This document shows positions 56,033-64,000 of a stretch of DNA of 64,000 nucleotides, piece after piece. The translations under genes were made by a program, and so were the position numbers. Position 1 is the stretch's first letter; each line of letters opens with the position of its first letter. Source of the DNA: Bacillota bacterium (GTDB taxonomy: Bacteria; Bacillota; Desulfotomaculia; Desulfotomaculales; Ammonificaceae); assembly GCA_040755195.1 (NCBI GenBank), contig JBFMBL010000011.1:5754-69753 (forward strand). The letters are read 5' to 3'. Under the pieces are notes generated by a model. The model did not search any database. It had not been told where the DNA came from and saw only the letters and a program-made list of their open reading frames with translations.

Positions 56033-56404
56033 TCATACGCCGCGGGACTCGCAGCTATCTCCGCCGTTTTCGGCTAATGGGGCATCAACCTGATAACCGA
56101 AATGGGATTCTTTTTTGTGTATTTTTTTCCAGAAATCATGCACGTCGCACATCTCCAAAACCCACAGCAAGGCACGGATCACCAGGAAGATCATCCCTCC
56201 CACTATTGCACAGAGAAGTATAACTCCACCCAGGAGACCCATTACCGGACTGACCACCGCGGCCTCGCACCCGTTAGCCGGGACTTCCCACGGTTCGACC
56301 TGCTCTCCGGTGTACGGGTCTTCGCCGTAATTTTCTATCCAATTTTCTCTGAACGCCCTGCCGCTGATAACGTTTCTCGCGTATTCGTCCGCCGTCCAAC
56401 TCAT
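56033..56404 (-). CDS. Small membrane protein (hypothetical)
   Basis: AAAGGGG ribosome-binding site. TM segment VVSPVMGLLGGVILLCAIVGGMIFLVIRALLWVL. 83 nt downstream of the RNase H-like gene. Confidence 0.5.
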   Translation of the reverse strand: MSWTADEYARNVISGRAFRENWIENYGEDPYTGEQVEPWEVPANGCEAAVVSPVMGLLGGVILLCAIVGGMIFLVIRALLWVLEMCDVHDFWKKIHKKESHFGYQVDAPLAENGGDSCESRGV

Positions 56405-56487
56405 TATATTTCAGCCCCTTTCTTAGCTACTCCACCCTACTCTGTTATATCAGCTATCTCGAAGAATCCCGTCTCAGATAATACACG

Positions 56488-56898
56488 CTATACCGCGGTG
56501 TCTATAGCAACTATTTGGCGACACAAGGCGTCGGCCTGCTTGTTCAGATACCGCGGCAGCCATACAAACTCAATATTAAGTTGACATCCTACAAGGATCG
56601 CCAGTATACCCCGGATAGCTCTCTTGTAGTTGGGATTGCGGCACTTCCCACCGTTTAAATACAGTACGGCCGCCAGACTATCAGAATATAGAATGACGTC
56701 CGAAATGCCACGTTTAGCTGCATATGCAACTGCCAATTTGATCGCCTCTAACTCGCCCTGAAGCGAATCAATAACCGAGATTCGCCACGCCTTCGCACTG
56801 AGTACAGCTCCGTTGCCGGCCTGGACAACAAACCCGACATAGCAAGGGCTCCCTGCCCGTAAAGGGCGAAAACAACAATCACAATATATACGAATCAA
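56488..56898 (-). CDS. RNase HI-like (RVT_3-type) domain protein
   Basis: DEDD-type positions: IYCDCC, GELEAIKLA, LYSDSL, LPRYLNKQADALC. TTG start. Confidence 0.7.
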   Translation of the reverse strand: MIRIYCDCCFRPLRAGSPCYVGFVVQAGNGAVLSAKAWRISVIDSLQGELEAIKLAVAYAAKRGISDVILYSDSLAAVLYLNGGKCRNPNYKRAIRGILAILVGCQLNIEFVWLPRYLNKQADALCRQIVAIDTAV

Positions 56899-57145
56899 CG
56901 GGGCACCTCCTTATATTCAGGTCTTGGTAGAAAAAGCTTTCCTGCGTTCTTCTGAAATCTGCACGGCAGAGAGGTACGTAGTGAATCCGCTAACTGAATA
57001 GACTATAACCTCTTGCCGGAAGAACAGCGCTTGCCGCTGTTTATATCGGGTTATAAAGCTAAATTTATTTGGTTTCTTCCTCCTTCCCGAGACTTCAAAG
57101 GAGCGCGTAAATATCTAGGTACTAAGTGAAAATCCCTCTTATTTT

Positions 57146-57173
57146 ATTATATCCTATTATAGAATATAGTCAA
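57146..57173 (-). promoter_or_regulatory. Strong sigma-70-like promoter driving the RNase H-like gene through a ~240-nt leader
   Basis: Minus strand TTGACT (57173-57168), 16 nt spacer, TATAAT (57151-57146). Confidence 0.55.
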
Positions 57174-57220
57174 TAAATATTTAACTATTATTATGTAAAA
57201 AATAATCTTTACCGTCTTGT

Positions 57221-57248
57221 TTGACGCCAAAGATTCTGTTATTATACT
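57221..57248 (+). promoter_or_regulatory. Divergent sigma-70-like promoter for the XRE regulator
   Basis: TTGACG (57221-57226), 16 nt spacer, TATACT (57243-57248). Confidence 0.5.
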
Positions 57249-57294
57249 CAATAAAGCGTTAATTATATTTTTACTTTTGCTAGGGGTTGATAAG

Positions 57295-57711
57295 GTGGGC
57301 CGGCCAACCGGGAAAGAACTATCCGCATACCTCTTCGGTAAACGGCTTAGGCTCTTGCGGGAGTCAATGGGGGGTATTAACCAATCCGAATTAGGCGCTA
57401 TGCTGGGTTTGAAGCCGTACCTCGTTCACAGGTACGAGCACGGCAACAACGGCAACCTGCCAAGGCCGAAAACGCTTAAGAAGATCGCGGACTTCTTCGG
57501 CGTCTCGCTTGAATGGCTGCTCTCGCTGGCAGATAACCTTAACGAACCTTTACCTGTAGCTCCGGATCATCTGGCTGAGCTAAAATCACGGTACTATCTG
57601 ACTCTCGCGCTCCGCTGCAGATCTGTTCCTGAAACAAAAATGCCGGAAGCGGTGGAGGAATTAGAGAGGTTTACAAAACTACTGGTTGCTTGGGCCAAGG
57701 GTAAAGATTAA
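57295..57711 (+). CDS. XRE-family helix-turn-helix transcriptional regulator
   Basis: GTG 57295 follows AGGGG. LFGKRLRLLRESMGGINQSELGAMLGLKPYLVHRYEHG. The track start at 57217 lies inside the promoter. Confidence 0.75.
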   Translation: MGRPTGKELSAYLFGKRLRLLRESMGGINQSELGAMLGLKPYLVHRYEHGNNGNLPRPKTLKKIADFFGVSLEWLLSLADNLNEPLPVAPDHLAELKSRYYLTLALRCRSVPETKMPEAVEELERFTKLLVAWAKGKD

Positions 57712-57773
57712 ATGTAGGGTTCAAGCGGAGATCATTTTGGAAGTGCTACGTTGCGAGTAATATCCTGCGGCGG

Positions 57774-58109
57774 CTATTCTTCTGATTTCCTTAAAACCAC
57801 CTCTGCTTGCGCTTCAAAGAAGAGTTCCGCGTCTTTGCGGTTGATTTCCTCATAGACGGCATATCCTTCTTCAAGATCCTTTTCATATACGGCATCCTCC
57901 TCGTTGTCCCAGTCCGAGAAGGTTGGTTCGGCCAGTTTCAAAAAGCTGTTAAGCTCGATATGATCGGTGATGCGCCCAAACAGTTCCCTAAGTTCCTCAG
58001 GTGTAAGTTCATTAATCGCCTCAAGAATCTTTTCCTCTTTCCTTGACACAACGATCACCCCACACAATGACAACATATTTGTATATTCCGGCCCAAATCG
58101 TCCACCCAT
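57774..58109 (-). CDS. Small acidic hypothetical protein (start uncertain, possibly GTG near 58040)
   Basis: ORF with EKILEAINELTPEELRELFGRI and a very acidic C-terminal half. Confidence 0.45.
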   Translation of the reverse strand: MGGRFGPEYTNMLSLCGVIVVSRKEEKILEAINELTPEELRELFGRITDHIELNSFLKLAEPTFSDWDNEEDAVYEKDLEEGYAVYEEINRKDAELFFEAQAEVVLRKSEE

Positions 58110-58364
58110 TCCGATTTAAGTTCTGTCGGCTCATTCTGGAGAAAAACGCCCATTCCCTTCCTCACTCCGCCAAGCCGTCACTGGCATACCTTCCTCGTGC
58201 GCCCCGGTCCGTCTAACCATATACCCTACCATGTCTCCCCCGGCTTAACGTCCGAGGAAATCACGGCCGACTGTCCAGCCCTTTTACCGCCGCCAAACGG
58301 CGAACACAACCGCGAACCGCCCTCTCTTCCCCATCCTCACTGGGCTTAGCGTTGTTCAACGCTC

Positions 58365-58907
58365 CTAAAACCCGCGGGGAGGGAACTTGGCGAGTTGTTG
58401 CTGCAGACTTTCTACCCATGCCTCAAGTTCATTGGGAGTGCATTCTAGATCCACGTAAAGATCTTCTTCCACTTCATGGCTAGGCGCCCACGACGGTCGG
58501 TTTTCTAATTCGAAGAACACTTGCAACACTATAGATCCATTATTTCTTCCTTTAAATTTAAAAGATAGATTCGGCTCAACAAAATTGATTTCGGTTTCAG
58601 CCTCATTACCGCTTTTGATAGCGCTGATCCAACTAATAAGCGATATAATCTCCACAGTTGAAAGACACGGATCTATGGTCTGCCAACTTCTTCCCCTGAT
58701 TGCCGCAAACGTTGAAATCATCAGCCAGTTTGAATCATCTTTGTCATGAGCAATTTCGGGAAACTGATAGTTTACAATCTTAATACTGAACTGGTTGCCA
58801 TTTGGTCCGTGTAGAATAACCTCTGATGGGAAATTGTTTGGATTATCTCGTTTCTTTACCATGACCTCGGGTTTACCCGTACCCTTATCTATTATTGGAA
58901 TTAACAT
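58365..58907 (-). CDS. Hypothetical protein, possibly a WapI-like immunity protein
   Basis: Pattern FSIKIVNYQFPE...DDSNWLMIS...W...L...E...L..WI resembles my memory of the WapI/YxxG immunity family. Not verified. Confidence 0.4.
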   Translation of the reverse strand: MLIPIIDKGTGKPEVMVKKRDNPNNFPSEVILHGPNGNQFSIKIVNYQFPEIAHDKDDSNWLMISTFAAIRGRSWQTIDPCLSTVEIISLISWISAIKSGNEAETEINFVEPNLSFKFKGRNNGSIVLQVFFELENRPSWAPSHEVEEDLYVDLECTPNELEAWVESLQQQLAKFPPRGF

Positions 58908-59010
58908 TCACTGTTCTGTAAAAAATATCGTTTACCCTGCAAAACCGCCAGTTGTTCACCTTCACTGCCACGTTCCAAGAGCCCTTCTGCCCAAGGAAAT
59001 CTCCCCCCGC

Positions 59011-59784
59011 TTATCTCGTACAATATGTTCTCATGAACTGGTCGGTAATGCGTCCCATGCGTTCATCAAGAATGCTATACACCCTCTGCTTTATATTTTC
59101 CGGCACTCCGCCGTAAAAGGCCTGCGCTATTCCCCCGGTTATACACGCCAGCGTATCTGTATCACCACCCAGGGAAACCGCAGTTCTAATTGCGTCTTCA
59201 AAATCGACAGAGTCAATAAAGGCTCGTATCGCCTGCGGCACGGTTCCTTGAGACGATTCGTCGAAGTAATACGACGGGCGGATCTCATCGACGTGTTTAC
59301 TGAGGTCGTAGCCAAAGGTCGTCTCGGTGTACACCTTAATGTCCTCTTTACTGCTTCCGGTGCGCGCAAGGAAAATGGCAACCGCGGCTGCCCGACCACC
59401 CTTGATCCCTTCCGGGTGGTTGTGCGTGATCTCTGTGAATTCCTTTGCCTTTTTAAGCACTGACTCGAGCGTATCGAACGCGAACCCGACCGGGCTGATA
59501 CGCATTGCCGCACCGTTTCCCCAACTGTTGTACGGTTCCGTTTGACTGCTCATTGCCCAGGCGGAAAAACGGCCGCCATATCCGCAGTTCGGGTACCAAC
59601 GGAAGAACTTCTTCAGATTCGCCTCGTACGGTTCACCGGTGAGGATGGAATCCGCAAGGGCAACGGTTAGCACAGTATCATCGGTAAAGAAGCAATGCCT
59701 CGAAAAAAGGGGGAAGTCCTTCGTCTTAATATTGTTCCACTCGTATACCGACCCGATAATATCGCCGGCAATCGCACCCATCAT
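59011..59784 (-). CDS. ADP-ribosylglycohydrolase family protein
   Basis: ATG 59784 follows GGGGAG. MMGAIAGDIIGSVYE, FFTDDTVLTVALA, GGDTDTLACITGGIAQAFYG. Confidence 0.8.
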   Translation of the reverse strand: MMGAIAGDIIGSVYEWNNIKTKDFPLFSRHCFFTDDTVLTVALADSILTGEPYEANLKKFFRWYPNCGYGGRFSAWAMSSQTEPYNSWGNGAAMRISPVGFAFDTLESVLKKAKEFTEITHNHPEGIKGGRAAAVAIFLARTGSSKEDIKVYTETTFGYDLSKHVDEIRPSYYFDESSQGTVPQAIRAFIDSVDFEDAIRTAVSLGGDTDTLACITGGIAQAFYGGVPENIKQRVYSILDERMGRITDQFMRTYCTR

Positions 59785-59943
59785 CGCTACGTCTCCCCAA
59801 CTTAACCCATAAAACATGCTACTGAATTGTTTCTATAATGAAGATAATGCTTGTCAATTTACCCATATTATTTATAACATTCTTTATAATGTTAGACAAA
59901 ACCTGTATCTACTTTTAATTACTCAAAAAACGGAGGGAAAACA

Positions 59944-61149
59944 GTGGCATCGTCGTTTGGCTGGGTAGATTATTCGGAAACGGAACGCCGGCGGATGATA
60001 GAGCTGATAAGTCGCTTTGGTGAGCAGGATACGCGGGACGAGCTGGGAATCGGCACAGTCCGTGACGCTTTTGCAGACCTAATGTTTCCGGGTACCAGCA
60101 CCATCCAAACCAGGGCCAGGTACATGCTCTTCATACCATGGATCTATATCGCGCACGAAAGACGCAGGACCCCGACGGGCGAAGTCAGAGGTAAGGCCCG
60201 GCAGGATGAGGTGTCCCTTATATACGCCCTCCTCAAGACCGCAGACACCGACGGGGTGATCGGCAAGGAGGCCAAGGCTGGCCTTCAGCGCCTTCCCAGC
60301 ACGATATACTGGTCTGGTCTCGGGGTATGGGGGATCAGACGTTTCGAAGGCTCGCAGGAACAGTATCACCGTTCCTTGTCTCGCTGGTACATCCGGAAAG
60401 CGAACCTGCGGAAAGAGGACGGGGAGTTCCTCGACGGCATCCTCAGAGAAAACTGGGATCCGGCTATTCCGCCCCAGCCCGAAGGATTTCCACATTCCGC
60501 CTCATTGGAACTGACCAAGGAAGAAGCCGTCTACCTTTACGACCGGATAGTCAAAAACTGTAATAACAGCGTTCTGGCACACCTTGTAGACAAAACGCGG
60601 CCCGCGGAAGTTAAATTCCCATGGATGCATCCCGAGTTGGCTTCATTCCCGCCCAACCTTCGCGAGCAGATTGAACACGCACGCAACTTTTCCGAGGCAA
60701 TGCACGGCGCCGCCCTGCTGTACAACCTCATGCTGGCGGAGCAAAAAAGAGATAACGAGCTTATCATTGAATACGAAGCCGCACTAACCGAATGGTCCGG
60801 AAGACTCGCCAGACGCCCGGAACTCCGCGCGTGGGACCGCCGGCGCTTCTGGGAAACCGTCGAACAACAAAACGCCGCTATCCCCTATTCCACCCGGCGC
60901 TTTGTCGACAGATGGCTGGACAGCGCCCTGCTTCGCTTCGGATCGGAAATGGTCGGGGATAAAAGCGCCCGCGACCTGATAGCGGAGCGGGAATACACAT
61001 TAAAACGGAGCCGGGCGCGACTGCAAAACCGGCGCGCCCTCGACAATTGGAACGGAGCGGCGGGGACCGCACAACTCAATTACCGCTGGCGGGTCGTAAA
61101 CAGCATTGTCAATGACATTCTGCGCGGATTGGAGGGCAACAATGCTTAA
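59944..61149 (+). CDS. DUF6361-like protein, first gene of a three-gene putative defence operon
   Basis: GTG 59944 follows GGAGGG. N-terminus GWVDYSETERRRMIELI...DELGIGTVRDAFADLMFPGTSTIQTRARYMLFIPWIY matches my recollection of DUF6361. Confidence 0.6.
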   Translation: MASSFGWVDYSETERRRMIELISRFGEQDTRDELGIGTVRDAFADLMFPGTSTIQTRARYMLFIPWIYIAHERRRTPTGEVRGKARQDEVSLIYALLKTADTDGVIGKEAKAGLQRLPSTIYWSGLGVWGIRRFEGSQEQYHRSLSRWYIRKANLRKEDGEFLDGILRENWDPAIPPQPEGFPHSASLELTKEEAVYLYDRIVKNCNNSVLAHLVDKTRPAEVKFPWMHPELASFPPNLREQIEHARNFSEAMHGAALLYNLMLAEQKRDNELIIEYEAALTEWSGRLARRPELRAWDRRRFWETVEQQNAAIPYSTRRFVDRWLDSALLRFGSEMVGDKSARDLIAEREYTLKRSRARLQNRRALDNWNGAAGTAQLNYRWRVVNSIVNDILRGLEGNNA

Positions 61150-62977
61150 CCCCGATTCTCGTATTATGTATGCGGAGGCTCTCCGCCCGCCTGAAGGTTA
61201 TACTCTGGACAAAGCCGTTGCCACAACGTTTTCCCTTGACCTGACCACTGTCCTTATTGTCCCCCTGTCTTTAGCGGCCTTCGAATGCAGCAGTTTCGAG
61301 AACCCGGACCCGCTGATAATTATCGAAGCACTGCGCAGGACCGCGCAAAAGGTTACCGTCTTTTGTCAAGAAGGACAGATAAAGGTCCCTGCATCCGATA
61401 CTCCCCTCTATTCACAACTGGAATCAACCGTCGTGGAAGTCAACTCTCCTAACGCCGGAGGAGTTTTTCACCCAAAGACGTGGCTGCTGCGGTTTGTTTC
61501 AGAAGGACAACCGGTACTCTACCGGTTCCTCTGCCTTTCGCGCAACCTGACGTTCGACCGCTCATGGGACACCATTCTTACCCTTGACGGGTATGTGGGT
61601 AACAGGCGTTTCGCCCGCAACCGCCCGCTGGCCGATTTTCTGAAAGCGCTGCCGTCCCTGGCGAAACGCCCTTCGGAGGAACTTGCCGCCGGCATAAGCA
61701 ATCTTGCGGATGAGCTGATGAGGGTTAACTTCGAGCCGCCCGACGGGTTTAACGACTTCAGCTTTCGCCCCATAGGAATACCGGGGTACCGGCGTTTTTC
61801 AATTCCATCCCCCTACAACCGTCTTCTGGTCGTGTCTCCGTTTTTGAAGAGCGGCGTGCTTGAAAGACTTCTGGCCGAATGCAGCGGCCGGGTTATCCTT
61901 ATTTCGCGGCAGGAGAGCCTGGACGAGCTGCCGGAAAAGCTCAAAGAAAGGTTTTCGGCGGTATACATTCTGGACGACGCAGCCGATATTAAAACCATCG
62001 CCGGTGACGTTGACGCCGCAAAGGACAGCGACTCCGACCCACCGTTGTCGGGACTCCATGCCAAGCTTTTCGTCGCCGAAACCGGTTTGGAAGCAAGGGT
62101 CTGGACCGGCTCGGCCAATGCCACCAACAGCGCGTTTAATAACCGGAATGTCGAGTTTATGGTTCAGCTTAACGGAAAGCGGAAGGATGCCGGCATAGAC
62201 CGCTTCCTTGGATCAGAAGAAGACAAGGAATGTTTTAGAAACATGCTCCTGCCGTACCGGAATGGAAGCGTCAGTGACCCCAACGCCGAGTTGATTAGTA
62301 AAATGGAAGCCCTGCTCGATGCCGCCAAAGAGGAACTCTCCGGCCTGGACCTTACCCTGGAAGCCTTCCCGGCGGGAGAGCAGGTATACGACCTGTGTTT
62401 ATCCGCCGGAAGACCCTTTACGAAGGACAGCGTCAGCATCCGGTGCCGGCCGGTAACGTTAAAGCCCGCCCAGGCGCTGACAATCGACGCCCTGGGACCC
62501 GGCAGCAAGCTTGTGTTTCACCGGCTCTCGCCGGTATCCCTTACCGGCTTTATGGCTTTTGAGCTGAGCACCGCATCAGGCGGACTGACAAGGTCGACGC
62601 GTTTTGTCTTCAACCTTCCGTTTACCGGAGGACCGGCTGACCGGGCGGAACTGGTGCTGCATCACGTCATTTCCGACACAGACCGGTTTATCCGCTATAT
62701 CCTTCTACTCCTGTATGACGGGGAAACATCTTCGACCGATATAGCCTCTCTGACTCGAAGTCATAGCAACGGTGAAAGCCGCTTCGTTCAGAGCCCCTGG
62801 CAGCAGCCCGTCCTTGAAGAGATGGTCAGGGCGTACAGCAGAAACCCCGAAAAGCTGAAGAGGATTCACAAACTGGTTGACGATCTAAGGCGGCCGGGCG
62901 GGCGCAATGTGATTCCCGACGAGTTCGACGACATCTGGAACGCCTTTATGGAGGGTTTAAAAAATGAACAACGATAA
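61142..62977 (+). CDS. Phospholipase D-superfamily (two HKD-like motifs) putative nuclease
   Basis: ATG 61142 overlaps the upstream stop (ATGCTTAA), with a GGAGGG ribosome-binding site. Motif 1 FHPKTWLL...SRNLT (HPK at 61469-61477). Motif 2 GLHAKLFV...GSANATN (62057-62128). Confidence 0.8.
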   Translation: MLNPDSRIMYAEALRPPEGYTLDKAVATTFSLDLTTVLIVPLSLAAFECSSFENPDPLIIIEALRRTAQKVTVFCQEGQIKVPASDTPLYSQLESTVVEVNSPNAGGVFHPKTWLLRFVSEGQPVLYRFLCLSRNLTFDRSWDTILTLDGYVGNRRFARNRPLADFLKALPSLAKRPSEELAAGISNLADELMRVNFEPPDGFNDFSFRPIGIPGYRRFSIPSPYNRLLVVSPFLKSGVLERLLAECSGRVILISRQESLDELPEKLKERFSAVYILDDAADIKTIAGDVDAAKDSDSDPPLSGLHAKLFVAETGLEARVWTGSANATNSAFNNRNVEFMVQLNGKRKDAGIDRFLGSEEDKECFRNMLLPYRNGSVSDPNAELISKMEALLDAAKEELSGLDLTLEAFPAGEQVYDLCLSAGRPFTKDSVSIRCRPVTLKPAQALTIDALGPGSKLVFHRLSPVSLTGFMAFELSTASGGLTRSTRFVFNLPFTGGPADRAELVLHHVISDTDRFIRYILLLLYDGETSSTDIASLTRSHSNGESRFVQSPWQQPVLEEMVRAYSRNPEKLKRIHKLVDDLRRPGGRNVIPDEFDDIWNAFMEGLKNEQR

Positions 62978-64000
62978 CTGCCGGCGTCCCGACGTCGCAG
63001 CGATCATGGCAGGTCTTAAGGATTTCCAGCGGCGTTCGGCCGAATATGTTTTCAGACGTTTTTATCTGGACGAAAACCCTGCCGGCCGCTTCCTTGTCGC
63101 CGATGAAGTCGGCCTGGGGAAAACCCTCGTCGCCCGCGGGATCATTGCCAGGACCGTTGATTTTTTGTGGGACAGGGTTCCGCGCATCGACATCATCTAT
63201 CTCTGCGCAAACAGCGAGATCGCGCGCCAGAACATCAACCGGCTGAACATTTTGGAGGACCAGGAGTTTGCGCTTTCCTCCCGGATCACACTTCTCCCGC
63301 TCAAAGTCGGACACCTGAACCATAATCATGTTAACTTCGTCTCTTTTACGCCAGGTACGTCCCTCGACTTAAAATACAGCACAGGCACTATGGATGAGAG
63401 GGCGCTCCTTTACCGCCTGTTGGAAGAAGAATGGGGTTTCGGCCGGCGCACAGGCCCGATCAACCTGCTTCAATGCAGCGCCGGTAAAGATAACTGGCGA
63501 AGATATCTAAAAAGTTTTACCGGCTCTATCGACCAGGAGCTTAAATCCGGATTTATCGAGGCAATCCGCAGCCGGAGCGATATCCGGGAACGATTCCTGG
63601 GTCTCGCAGAAAGGTTTCAATATTTTCGCAAACACCTTCCCGGAGACGACCAGAAAGATCGAAACATGCTGATCGGTGAACTGCGGGGCATTCTGGCTCA
63701 ATGCAGCATCAGCGCACTTGAACCGGACCTTATCATCCTGGACGAGTTCCAGAAATTCAAACACATACTGGACGGAGAGGACCAGGTCAGCACCCTGGCG
63801 CGGCAGTTGTTCAACTACTGCGACCGGAACAACAAGGCCAGGGTTTTGCTGCTGTCCGCCACGCCGTACAAAATGTACACCATGGATCACGAAGCCGGCG
63901 AAGAGGACCACTACGCAGACTTTATCCGTACCGTGGGGTTCCTTCTCGACTCGCCCGCGGAAACCGAGGAATTCCGCAAAGAACTCAGGAACTACCGCAA
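62964..64000 (+). CDS. SF2 helicase-like ATPase (5' part only, runs off the window)
   Basis: Not in the track because no stop lies inside the window; I translated it by hand with no stops to 64000. ATG 62964 overlaps the PLD gene by 14 nt. Motif I ADEVGLGKT (63111-63125), motif II ILDEFQ (63741-63752), motif III LLSATP. Confidence 0.8.
   Translation, partial: MNNDNCRRPDVAAIMAGLKDFQRRSAEYVFRRFYLDENPAGRFLVADEVGLGKTLVARGIIARTVDFLWDRVPRIDIIYLCANSEIARQNINRLNILEDQEFALSSRITLLPLKVGHLNHNHVNFVSFTPGTSLDLKYSTGTMDERALLYRLLEEEWGFGRRTGPINLLQCSAGKDNWRRYLKSFTGSIDQELKSGFIEAIRSRSDIRERFLGLAERFQYFRKHLPGDDQKDRNMLIGELRGILAQCSISALEPDLIILDEFQKFKHILDGEDQVSTLARQLFNYCDRNNKARVLLLSATPYKMYTMDHEAGEEDHYADFIRTVGFLLDSPAETEEFRKELRNYR

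Noticed and set aside
56102-56584. 160-aa plus-strand ORF opposite the small membrane-protein gene
   Set aside because: The product is low-complexity and no SD is present. The minus-strand ORF has an SD and a clean TM segment.

Overview
This is a GC-rich chromosome segment. Gene content resembles an anaerobic Firmicute of the Peptococcaceae/Desulfotomaculum type, but I cannot verify the taxon here. 1-27.5 kb is a large anaerobic-pathway cobalamin locus: cbiQ, a CobN-like chelatase, a binding protein, cbiO, an AT-rich radical-SAM/SPASM plus small-peptide cassette, a cbiD-cbiE fusion, cbiT/L/F/G/H/J/X/C, cobQ, cbiA, cobT, a btuFCD-like importer, and convergent cobU-cobD-cobS-cbiB. 27.6-31.4 kb holds glmS with its ribozyme, and glmM. 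31.4-45.6 kb is a minus-strand branched-chain amino-acid operon (ilvE-ilvD-ilvB-ilvN-ilvC-second ilvB-leuA-leuC-leuD-cimA) headed by a T-box leader. 45.6-48.2 kb looks like housekeeping genes. 48.2-64 kb is a lower-GC accessory region with decayed genes, an integrase remnant, a HepT/MntA toxin-antitoxin pair, an XRE/RNase-H-like module and immunity-like genes. It ends in a DUF6361-like/PLD/SF2-helicase operon, a candidate defence system cut by the window end. The core operons also carry at least three families of nested, structured miniature repeats, one with clear terminal inverted repeats and 8-bp target duplications, plus heptad-periodic intergenic arrays. All calls come from reading the sequence and from remembered family signatures; no searches were run.
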